A program made the position numbers and the translations under genes. A model generated the notes under the pieces. The model ran no database searches and was not told the DNA's origin. It was given only the letters and a program-made list of their open reading frames with translations. A stretch of 24,784 bases of DNA from a virus (taxonomy: Duplodnaviria > Caudoviricetes): positions 1 to 24,784 of the IMG/VR virus record IMGVR_UViG_3300048599_000236, one strand, 5' to 3'. Position 1 is the stretch's first letter, and every line of letters starts with the position of its first letter. This document shows, piece by piece, positions 16,203 to 23,891 of the stretch.

Positions 16203-16308
16203 CGGGAGCCTGGCCGGCTTCCGCCGCTGGGCCGACGACCTCCTCAACCTTTATCACGACTGCAGGCGCGCCAAGGCCGCCTGCGCTGCCGATCTGGATC
16301 TGCAATGA
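16036..16308 (+). CDS. o-spanin lipoprotein (Rz1-like), overlapping Rz in the +1 frame, 90 aa
   Basis: Lipobox-like LCAC-STT, Pro-rich segment and C-terminal YHDC. ATGA overlap with the next gene. Confidence 0.72.
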   Translation: MHLNSTSRAGFRGLIAAWTTSLCACSTTPCEPAMPAPPLPPAACQVECPPVPELIDGSLAGFRRWADDLLNLYHDCRRAKAACAADLDLQ

Positions 16309-16556
16309 CTGACGCCATCGACCGCGCCGCCGAGCGCACCGAAGAGCTCAACGCCGATGCGCTGCTTGAGCACCACCTTCACGACCCGACCGCTGACAAG
16401 ACGGTGGCGGACAGCGCGCTGACCTGTGCGGGCTGCGGCTGCGACATCCCCGAGGAGCGCCGGCTGGCGATTCCGGGCGTGCAGCTGTGCGTGGATTGCA
16501 AGGAGGACGCGGACTGGATCTCCGCCGCGGCCAAGCGCAACGGGAGGCCCGCATGA
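16305..16556 (+). CDS. TraR/DksA C4 zinc-finger protein, 83 aa
   Basis: MTDAIDRA...CAGCGCDIPEERRLAIPGVQLCVDCK. Confidence 0.9.
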   Translation: MTDAIDRAAERTEELNADALLEHHLHDPTADKTVADSALTCAGCGCDIPEERRLAIPGVQLCVDCKEDADWISAAAKRNGRPA

Positions 16557-16945
16557 ACGTCGTCCAGGTTGAGCTGTGGCAGCTCATCACGCTGCTGATT
16601 GCGTTTTTCGGGGCCGTGGGCACCTTCGGCAAGGTGCTGATGGACCAGGCCGAGAAGCGCAGCCAGGAGCGCCAGCGCGCCCATGAGGATGCGCGGAAGG
16701 CCGACCGCGAGCATTCCGACAAGCGCTTCGACTCGCTTGAGAAGGCGAGCCGGGAGGAAGCCGGCCAGTGGCAGCGCGTCGAGCGCGACCTGCTGCAGCT
16801 CCGGGCGGATCTGCCGGTGCACTACGTGCGCCGGGAGGATTACGTGCGCAACCAGGCGGTGCTGGAAGCCAAGCTGGATACGATTTTCGAGAAGGTTGAA
16901 AACGTGCGGCTGATTGCCGCCAAAACTGAAGGGAGAGCGCCGTGA
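16553..16945 (+). CDS. Mu gp25-like membrane-anchored coiled-coil protein, 130 aa
   Basis: N-terminal TM and LRADLPVHYVRREDY motif. Lies upstream of gp26/gp27-like genes. Confidence 0.75.
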   Translation: MNVVQVELWQLITLLIAFFGAVGTFGKVLMDQAEKRSQERQRAHEDARKADREHSDKRFDSLEKASREEAGQWQRVERDLLQLRADLPVHYVRREDYVRNQAVLEAKLDTIFEKVENVRLIAAKTEGRAP

Positions 16946-17256
16946 GCGTCGATCAGCAGAAAGTCCGGCGCGAGGGTATGCGCTGGAACATCCTCAACAC
17001 CCTGGACAAGGCCCGTCCCTACACCACCAACGAGAGCTTCCTCGGCGACGTGCTGCGGGCGATCTACCCCGACGCCACGCCTGACGAGGTGCGCAAGCAG
17101 CTGGACTACCTGGAAGACCGCAAGCTGGTCGACATCAAGCGTGAGCCCAGCGGCACCTGGTTCGCCGACCTGACCCGCTACGGCGTGGACATCGTCGAAT
17201 ACACCGTCGATTGCCAGCCCGGCATCGCGCGGCCCGTGAAGTACTGGAACGGCTGA
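16942..17256 (+). CDS. Mu gp26-like winged-helix protein, 104 aa
   Basis: RREGMRWNIL..L, LDYLEDRKLV and ADLTRYGVDIVEYTVDCQPGIARP motifs. Confidence 0.8.
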   Translation: MSVDQQKVRREGMRWNILNTLDKARPYTTNESFLGDVLRAIYPDATPDEVRKQLDYLEDRKLVDIKREPSGTWFADLTRYGVDIVEYTVDCQPGIARPVKYWNG

Positions 17257-17822
17257 TGGCACCCCGGAGCAAGGTCGAATCGCTGCCGGAAGATGTCCGG
17301 CGCTGGCTTGAGCGGGCGCTGACCGACAGCGGCTTCTCGGGCTACGAGGCGCTGGAGGACATGCTCCGCGACAAGGGCTACGCGATCAGCAAGAGCGCGA
17401 TCCACCGCTATGGCCAGAAGATCGAACGCCGGTTCGCAGCCATCAAGGCCAGCACCGAAGCCGCCCGCATGCTGACCGAAGGCGCGGCCGACGACCAGGA
17501 TGCCCGGTCGGAGGCGGTGATTGCGCTGGTTCAGACCGAGCTGTTCGAAAGCATCATCAATCTGCAGGAGGCCACCGGCGAAGAGGTCGATGAGGCCGAG
17601 CGCCTCGGCATGCTGTCGTCGGCCGCCAAGAACATCGCGACGCTGACCCGGGCGTCGGTGAATCTCAAGCAGTTTCAGGCCAGCCTGCGCGCGCAGATCG
17701 CCAAGGAAGAGCGCGAACGCCTTCTCGAGGAGCAGAAGGCCAGGCTCGACGCGATGGACAGCAAGGGCGGCGTGACCGAAGAGACCAAGCGGGCCATCCG
17801 CGAGGCACTGGGGATCGGCTGA
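17256..17822 (+). CDS. Terminase small subunit (Mu gp27/DUF3486-like), 188 aa
   Basis: RSKVESLPEDVR and ISKSAIHRYG motifs. TGATG coupling at both ends. Confidence 0.85.
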   Translation: MAPRSKVESLPEDVRRWLERALTDSGFSGYEALEDMLRDKGYAISKSAIHRYGQKIERRFAAIKASTEAARMLTEGAADDQDARSEAVIALVQTELFESIINLQEATGEEVDEAERLGMLSSAAKNIATLTRASVNLKQFQASLRAQIAKEERERLLEEQKARLDAMDSKGGVTEETKRAIREALGIG

Positions 17823-19234
17823 TGGCTGAGATCAAGGGCCGCGCCAAGGTCATCCCGGACAACCGGGACGCCATCTTCCTGATGTTCCAGTCCAAGTGGA
17901 TCACGGACACAGCGCGCCTCAAGCTGATGGTCAAGTCGCGCCAGATCGGTATCAGCTGGTCGACGGCTTTCGCTTCGGTGGAGCGCACGGCTGCCCAAGG
18001 CGCCCGGCACGATGAGTGGGTGAGCAGCCGGGATGACATTCAGGCGCGCCTCTTCATCGAGGACTGCAAGATGTTCGCCGGCATCATGCATATGGCCGCC
18101 AAAGACCTGGGCGAGGTGGTGTTTGACGGCGAGGGGAAGCTCTCGGCCTACGTGCTGGAGTTTGCGAGCGGCAAGCGCATCCATAGCATGAGCAGCAACC
18201 CCGACGCCCAGGCCGGCAAGCGTGGCTCGCGCATCCTCGACGAGTTCGCTCTGCATCGTGACCAGCGCAAGATGTGGGCGATCGCCTACCCAGGCATCAC
18301 CTGGGGCGGCTGCATGGAGATCGTCAGCACCCACCGCGGCAGCAACAGCTTCTTCAACCAGCTGATCCGCGAGGTGGAGGAGAAGGGCAACCCCAAGAAG
18401 ATCAGCCTGCACCGCGTGACGCTGCAGGACGCACTCGACCAAGGCTTCCTCTACAAGCTGCAGCAAGCCCTGCCACCCGACGCCCAGCAGCAGGACATGG
18501 ACGAGGCCGAGTATTTCGACTTCGTGAAGAGCGGTGCGGCCGACGACGAATCCTTCCTGCAGGAATACATGTGCGTCCCGGCCGACGACGACAGCAAGTT
18601 CATCGAGTACGAGCTGATCACCGGCTGTGAATACATGGCCGGGATGCCTTGGGAGCGTGACCACGCCGACCGCTTCGACGGCAAGCTCTACTGCGGCGTG
18701 GACATCGGCCGCAAGAAGGATTTGACGGTGCTGTGGGTGGTCGAGCTGCTCGGCGACGTGCTCTACACCCGCGCGGTGATCCCGATGGAGAAGATGCGCA
18801 AGAGCGCCCAGGAGGCAATTCTCTATCCGTGGTTCGCCATCTGCGATCGGATCTGCATCGACGCCACCGGCCTGGGCATCGGATGGGCGGATGACGCCCA
18901 GGACAAGTTCGGCACCTACCGCGTCGAGGCCGTGAACTTCAGCGGTCAGGTGAAGGAAGCACTGGCCTATCCCCTCAAGGGCCGCATGGAAGATCGCAAG
19001 CTGCGTATCCCCGACGACAAAGTCATCCGTGCCGACCTGCGCAAGGTTCAGAAGGTCACCACTGCCGCCGGCAATGTGCGCTTCGTGGCCGAAAGCACCC
19101 CGGACGGCCACGCCGACCGCTTCTGGGCGCTGGCGCTGGCCATCCACGCGGCCGAGCAGACGCCCGGTGACACCTTCGCGACCTCCCGACCGCGCACCAC
19201 TACCACCCGCACCGATCTCGCCGGCTACAACTGA
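17822..19234 (+). CDS. terL: Terminase large subunit (Mu gp28-like), 470 aa
   Basis: KSRQIGISW and ILDEFA motifs. Nuclease motifs GVDIGRKKD, IDATGLG and HADRFWALALA. Confidence 0.93.
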   Translation: MAEIKGRAKVIPDNRDAIFLMFQSKWITDTARLKLMVKSRQIGISWSTAFASVERTAAQGARHDEWVSSRDDIQARLFIEDCKMFAGIMHMAAKDLGEVVFDGEGKLSAYVLEFASGKRIHSMSSNPDAQAGKRGSRILDEFALHRDQRKMWAIAYPGITWGGCMEIVSTHRGSNSFFNQLIREVEEKGNPKKISLHRVTLQDALDQGFLYKLQQALPPDAQQQDMDEAEYFDFVKSGAADDESFLQEYMCVPADDDSKFIEYELITGCEYMAGMPWERDHADRFDGKLYCGVDIGRKKDLTVLWVVELLGDVLYTRAVIPMEKMRKSAQEAILYPWFAICDRICIDATGLGIGWADDAQDKFGTYRVEAVNFSGQVKEALAYPLKGRMEDRKLRIPDDKVIRADLRKVQKVTTAAGNVRFVAESTPDGHADRFWALALAIHAAEQTPGDTFATSRPRTTTTRTDLAGYN

Positions 19235-19236
19235 CC

Positions 19237-20667
19237 ATGCCTCGACAGCTCCTTTCTGACCACATCGCCCAGCGATCCCGGTCTATCGACTTCACCTTCA
19301 GCGGGATGCTGCTGCCCAACCCGGACCCGATCCTGCGCGCCCGTGGCCAGCACGTCCGCGTCTATCGCGACCTGCGCACCGACGCCCACGTCGGCGGCTG
19401 CATCCGCCGCCGCAAGTCGGCCGTCAAAGCACTGGAATGGGGGCTGGACCGTGGCAACAGCCCGGCTCGCGTGGCGAAGAGCATCGAAGCCCTGCTGCAC
19501 GACCTGCCGATGGAGCAGATCATCGGCCAGGCCTGCGATGCGGTGCTGTACGGCTACCAGCCGATGGAAGTCATGTGGCAGGCCCGCGGCACCATGTGGG
19601 TGCCGGCCGACGTGGTGGCCAAGCCGCCCGAGTGGTTCGGCTTCGACGACGCCAACCAGCTGCGCTTCAAGACCCGTGAGAATCAGACCCTGGGTGAGCT
19701 ACTGCCCGAGCGCAAGTTCCTGGTGCCGCGCCAGGACGCGACCTACGACAACCCGTACGGCTTCGCGGACCTCTCGATGTGCTTCTGGCCCATCGTGTTC
19801 AAGAAAGGCGGCGTGAAGTTCTGGCTGGCCTTCACCGAGAAGTTCGGCTCGGTGTTTCCGGTGGGCAAGCTGCCGCGCACCGCTCAGAAGGAGCAGCGCG
19901 GCGAGATGCTCGACGCGCTCGACAAGCTGATCGCCGATGGCGTGGCCGTGATCCCCGACGACGGCTCGGTGGATCTGATCGAAGCCGCGGGGAAAGGCGC
20001 CAGCGCCGACCTCTACGAACGCCTGGTGATGTACTGCCGCAGCGAGGTGTCGATCGCGCTCACCGGCACCAACCAGACCACCGAAGCCACCGCCAACCGG
20101 GCCAGCGCCACCGCCGGCCTCGAGGTGGCCGACGACCTGCGCGATGGTGACGCCGAGATCGTCTCGGCGGCGATCAACCAGCTGATCCGCTGGGTGGTCG
20201 AGCGCAACTGGGCCAGCGCCGAGGCGCCGGTGTTCGAGATGTGGGACCAGGAGTCACGCGACAAGCTGCGCGCCGAGCGCGACAAGAGCCTGAAGGATGC
20301 TGGCGCCAAGTTCACCCAGGCCTACTTCATCCGCGCCTACGGCTACGAGGAAGGCGACCTGGAGCCCGACGCTGCAGCCCCGGCGCCGGCCGCGCCGGTG
20401 TCCTTCGCCGAGGCGACGCCAGCCGCTGGCGACCCCACCCCCGCCACCCGCCTGGCGCGCCAGCTCGGCGGCGATGTCGCCCCGATCTGGCAGGCCCGGA
20501 TCGACAAGATCAGCCAGATCGTGGAGCAGGCCGAATCCCTCGAGGCCCTCGACCAGGCGCTGCTGGCGTCCTTCGCCGATCTACCGCCCGACGAGCTGGC
20601 GACGGCGATGCAGGCCGGCTTCGAGGCGGCGTATCTGGCGGGCAGATTTGATGTTGCGAGCGAGTAG
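19237..20667 (+). CDS. Portal protein (Mu gp29/DUF935-like), 476 aa
   Basis: LPNPDPIL, DAVLYGYQPMEVMW, YDNPYG and W..FTEKFG motifs. Follows TerL. Confidence 0.92.
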   Translation: MPRQLLSDHIAQRSRSIDFTFSGMLLPNPDPILRARGQHVRVYRDLRTDAHVGGCIRRRKSAVKALEWGLDRGNSPARVAKSIEALLHDLPMEQIIGQACDAVLYGYQPMEVMWQARGTMWVPADVVAKPPEWFGFDDANQLRFKTRENQTLGELLPERKFLVPRQDATYDNPYGFADLSMCFWPIVFKKGGVKFWLAFTEKFGSVFPVGKLPRTAQKEQRGEMLDALDKLIADGVAVIPDDGSVDLIEAAGKGASADLYERLVMYCRSEVSIALTGTNQTTEATANRASATAGLEVADDLRDGDAEIVSAAINQLIRWVVERNWASAEAPVFEMWDQESRDKLRAERDKSLKDAGAKFTQAYFIRAYGYEEGDLEPDAAAPAPAAPVSFAEATPAAGDPTPATRLARQLGGDVAPIWQARIDKISQIVEQAESLEALDQALLASFADLPPDELATAMQAGFEAAYLAGRFDVASE

Positions 20668-20809
20668 AGCCGTGGCCGAGCTGATGGGCTGGCTATTCGC
20701 CATCGTCTTTGCCCTGGGGGCGCTCGACCTACTCGAATTCGCGCTCAAGGTAAGTGCAAGAGGAGCTAATTCCGCCGCTCATGCGAAGTGCGGAAACCAA
20801 GGAAGCAAC

Positions 20810-21172
20810 ATGAAAATCTCTGACGAAATCGAGAAGGCCATCCAAGACGGCGGGCTGACCGCTCCCCGTGTCACCCCCGACGACATCGAGGCGAACATTG
20901 TCAGCGAGCACTTTTTCACGGCGGCCGAAGGCCTGGCGGGTCGGGAAGTCGCCCCGCTCGTCGGTGAAGCCGTTCCGCAGTCTTTGTCCCTCCTGACCTT
21001 CTGCGTCCTCGTCCTGCGGAACGGCTTCACCGTCACCGGCGAGTCCGCGTGCGCATCGCCCGAAAACTTCAATGCCGAACTGGGCCGTAAGATCGCTCGC
21101 AAGAATGCGATCGAGAAGATCTGGCCGCTGATGGGCTACGAGCTCCGCTCGAAGCTGGCCAAGGCATCCTGA
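20810..21172 (+). CDS. N4 Gp49/Sf6 gp66-family protein (candidate Acb4-type nucleotide sponge), 120 aa
   Basis: AAGGAAG SD. GLTAPRVTP..IE..IVSEHFFTA...LLTFCVLVLRNGFTVTGESACASPENFNAELGRKIARKNAIEKIWPLMGYEL is the family signature. Confidence 0.85.
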   Translation: MKISDEIEKAIQDGGLTAPRVTPDDIEANIVSEHFFTAAEGLAGREVAPLVGEAVPQSLSLLTFCVLVLRNGFTVTGESACASPENFNAELGRKIARKNAIEKIWPLMGYELRSKLAKAS

Positions 21173-21174
21173 CC

Positions 21175-21999
21175 ATGCTCCCCTCGACTCAGGCCGCCTT
21201 CGGCCAACCTTTCCCCGAGCAGGTCGTCTTCTTTCAGAAGAAGGTCAGCATTCCCACGGGCGCCTGGGACGAGATCCGGAAGTCCAGCCAAGACCACGCC
21301 TTCGTCGTGGCTGGCGCCATGCAGGCCGACCTGCTCAACGACCTGCACGAAGCCGTCACCGCGTCGATCAACGAAGGCCTCGGCATCGCCGAATTCCGCA
21401 AGGCTTTCCGGTTAATTGTGGCCAGCCACGGATGGGAAGGATGGACTGGCGCCGAGACCCGCTTCGGCCGCACCTGGCGCACCCGCACGATCTACCAGAC
21501 CAACATGGCCACCAGCTACGCCGCCGGCCGCTGGGCGCAGCTCAACGATCCGGATCTGCTGAAGGACCGCCCGTTCTGGCGCTACGTGCACGCGGACGGT
21601 GTGGCCACCCCGCGGCCGCTGCACCTGGCCTGGGGCCAGATGCGCCTCACGCTGCCCCATGACCACCCGTTCTGGCAGACGCACTATCCGCCCAACGGCT
21701 TCGGTTGCCATTGCTACGTCACGGCCGTGCGCAACCCGGCCGCGGACGACGCCACCGTGCCGCCCGTGGGCTGGGACACCGTCAGCAGCCGCACCGGCGA
21801 GCTGCCCGGCATCGACAAGGGCTGGGGCTACGCCCCCGGCGCCACCGCCGCCGACCCGCTGGGCATCGCCCGCGTGGTGGCCGACAAGAGCCGCAGCCTC
21901 CCGTTCGAGCTCTCCGCCGAGTTCCTCGCCCAAGTAAAGCGCGGCGTGGAGCCGGCGCTGTGGAGCGAGATCGAAAAGCACCTTGGGAGTGGAAATTGA
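21175..21999 (+). CDS. Phage minor head protein (MuF/gp30), short form, 274 aa
   Basis: AFVVAGA, IYQTNMATSYAAGR, RPLHLAW, HPFW..YPPNGFGCHC and IDKGWGYAPG motifs. Confidence 0.9.
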   Translation: MLPSTQAAFGQPFPEQVVFFQKKVSIPTGAWDEIRKSSQDHAFVVAGAMQADLLNDLHEAVTASINEGLGIAEFRKAFRLIVASHGWEGWTGAETRFGRTWRTRTIYQTNMATSYAAGRWAQLNDPDLLKDRPFWRYVHADGVATPRPLHLAWGQMRLTLPHDHPFWQTHYPPNGFGCHCYVTAVRNPAADDATVPPVGWDTVSSRTGELPGIDKGWGYAPGATAADPLGIARVVADKSRSLPFELSAEFLAQVKRGVEPALWSEIEKHLGSGN

Positions 22000-22523
22000 A
22001 CAGCTTCGAGCAAACCATCGACGACAGCGCCCTGCAGGAGGCCCTGCAGCACCTCCAAGAGCGCGGCACCAACCTTCGGCCGGCGCTCCTGGGGATCGGC
22101 GAAGAGTGGGTCGGCATGGTCAAGGCCAGCTTCTCCACCAGCACCAGCCCCTTCGGCGACAAGTGGGCGCCGAATGCCGAGGCAACGTACTCGGCGCACC
22201 TGGCACGCTTCGCCGGCAGCTACTCCAAGAAGACCGGCAAGCTCACGGCCACCGGCGGCCGCCGGATCATGAACAAGAAGCCCCTGATCGGCGAGACCCG
22301 CGCGCTGTCGACCACGATCTACAGCCAGGTCGATGGCAACACCCTGACCATCGGCAGCCCGATGGGCTACGCCGCAATCCACCAGTTTGGCGGCAAGGCC
22401 GGACGGGGAAAGAAGGTCAGCATTCCGTCGCGCAAGTTCATGCCGATCGACGACACCGGCAACCTGGCCCCCAAGGCGCGAGACATCGCGCTGGCGGAAC
22501 TCGAGGCCTGGCTCCAGAAGTAA
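21996..22523 (+). CDS. Virion morphogenesis protein (Mu gpG/gp31-like), 175 aa
   Basis: TTG overlaps the F stop, with GGGAG SD. SPFGDKWAP and IGSPMGYAAIHQFGG...IPSRKFM motifs. Confidence 0.88.
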   Translation: MNSFEQTIDDSALQEALQHLQERGTNLRPALLGIGEEWVGMVKASFSTSTSPFGDKWAPNAEATYSAHLARFAGSYSKKTGKLTATGGRRIMNKKPLIGETRALSTTIYSQVDGNTLTIGSPMGYAAIHQFGGKAGRGKKVSIPSRKFMPIDDTGNLAPKARDIALAELEAWLQK

Positions 22524-22531
22524 AAGAGAGA

Positions 22532-22625
22532 CGGTGCGACCGGCGGTCGTGTTGCAGCACTTCCGCCAGCCACCTCCCGCAGAACCCGCCTGCGTTCAGC
22601 CAAGGCACCGCCACCGTCGCGACGG
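22532..22625 (+). promoter_or_regulatory. Structured leader upstream of com
   Basis: CGGTGC/GCACCG closing stem encloses two hairpins (22542-22567 and 22578-22594). Palindrome CCGTCGCGACGG follows. Confidence 0.4.
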
Positions 22626-22658
22626 CGGCCGAAGGCTATCACGCACAAGGCATAACCC

Positions 22659-22835
22659 GTGGAAACCATCCGATGCGGCAACTGCAATAAGAAACTCGCC
22701 GAGGGCGAATACACCCGACTGAACATCAAGTGCCCGCGCTGCGGAACACTGAATCAACTGAAGGCCACCGAGCCTCCCGATCGCGCGCCCCGAGCGCCAG
22801 ACCACCAGGAGACCCCGAGTGCCCGAGCTCTTTGA
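22659..22835 (+). CDS. com: Com-family zinc-finger translational regulator, 58 aa (absent from ORF track)
   Basis: My translation from GTG 22659: METIRCGNCNKKLAEGEYTRLNIKCPRCGTLN... (CxxC-x15-CPRC). Overlaps the MTase start. Confidence 0.88.
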   Translation: METIRCGNCNKKLAEGEYTRLNIKCPRCGTLNQLKATEPPDRAPRAPDHQETPSARAL

Positions 22836-23610
22836 AAATTCGATCAAGGCCCGACCGATCATTCCGTGGATCGGCGGCAAGCGCCGGCTGGCGAAGCACC
22901 TGCTGCCGCTCTTCCCCGACCACGAGTGCTACGTCGAGCCGTTCTGCGGCGCGGCTGCGCTGTTCTTCCTGAAGCCGCCGGTCAAGGCCGAGGTGATCAA
23001 CGACATCAACGGCGAGCTGGTGAACCTGTACCGCGTGGTGGCCAACCACCTGGACGAGTTTGTCGGCCAGTTCCGCTGGTCGCTGGTGAGCCGGAAGATG
23101 TGGGAGTGGCTGGACTGCACGCCCGTCGAAACGCTCACCGACATCCAGCGCGCCGCGCGCTTCTTCTACATCCAGAAGCTGTGCTTCGGCGGCAAGGTGG
23201 ATGGCCGGACCTTCGGCACCACGACCACCAGCAGCGTGCATCTGAACCTGCTGCGGATCGAGGAGGATCTCTCGGCCGCCCATGTGCGGCTCGCGCGGGC
23301 CAACATCGAGCACCTGGGCTGGGCCGACTGCATCACCCGTTACGACCGGCTGCACACGCTGTTCTACTGCGACCCGCCGTACTGGGGAACCAGCGGCTAC
23401 GGTGTCGAGTTCGGCCTCGAGGAGTACGACCGGATGGCGGCGCTGGCCCGCTCGATCAAGGGCCGGATGATCATCTCGGTGAATGACATTCCCGAGATGC
23501 GTCGCGCCTTCGACGGCCTGCGCATGGAGCGCGTCGAGCTGGCCTATACGGTCGGTGGCGCCGGCCGACCGAAGGCTAAGTCGGGAGAGCTTGTGATCCT
23601 GAACTGGTAA
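22819..23610 (+). CDS. DNA adenine methyltransferase (D12/Dam class) in the mom position, 263 aa
   Basis: WIGGKRRL, YVEPFCGAAA, INDINGELVN and catalytic DPPY motifs. CAGGAG SD with GTG start. Confidence 0.92.
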   Translation: MPELFENSIKARPIIPWIGGKRRLAKHLLPLFPDHECYVEPFCGAAALFFLKPPVKAEVINDINGELVNLYRVVANHLDEFVGQFRWSLVSRKMWEWLDCTPVETLTDIQRAARFFYIQKLCFGGKVDGRTFGTTTTSSVHLNLLRIEEDLSAAHVRLARANIEHLGWADCITRYDRLHTLFYCDPPYWGTSGYGVEFGLEEYDRMAALARSIKGRMIISVNDIPEMRRAFDGLRMERVELAYTVGGAGRPKAKSGELVILNW

Positions 23611-23662
23611 CTTCTGCGACGCGTCGCGGTTTTAGCCCTGCGAAACGCCTTTTCAGGACTCG

Positions 23663-23762
23663 TCCCACAACACCCCGGTTCATCCCGCCTTATCCCGGAG
23701 TTTTCTCAGGATTCTCCGGGGGTTTTTCCCACCCTCTCTCACCTCGTCGTACCCCACTCACA
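23663..23762. repeat. Putative prophage right end with ~10-bp periodic YCYCR repeats, ending in CA
   Basis: TCCCA 23663, CCCCG 23673, TCCCG 23683, TCCCG 23693, TCTCA 23704, TCTCC 23713, TCCCA 23727 and TCTCA 23737, then ...CACTCACA. Confidence 0.55.
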
Positions 23763-23891
23763 ATTCCGTACATTTGAAAAACAGTTGAGCAAACATGGTT
23801 TGCCAGACTGTCCTCACGTCACAAAACACACTATCCGCGGCCGTTTCCGGACCGCGGGCACGACGCGAGACAAGACCGGAGGAGGATGGGG

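Larger units (their letters stand above)
122..23762. mobile_element. Transposable (Mu/B3-like) prophage; left part continues beyond the IS and window edge
   Basis: DDE transposase plus AAA ATPase, GemA, Mor, Mu-type gp25-27/TerL/portal/F/G, I/Z/T head genes and com-MTase, then host sequence. Exact right end is uncertain (CA at 23760 or 23762). Confidence 0.92.

Noticed and set aside
17675-19147. 490-aa minus-strand ORF (likewise 2666-4000, 8158-9018, 9276-10172, 12438-13466, 23814-24632)
   Set aside because: Shadow or alternative-frame ORFs overlapping well-supported genes.
20297-20650. 291-aa ORF start at 20297
   Set aside because: This portion overlaps the portal gene out of frame and is Arg/Pro/Ser-rich noise.
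21175-21999. MuF polymorphic toxin
   Set aside because: Only ~50 aa follow the MuF domain, with no toxin motif or immunity gene.
23663-23741. CRISPR-like or tandem-repeat array
   Set aside because: Units are 5-bp cores at a 10-bp period, not repeat-spacer architecture, and there are no cas genes.
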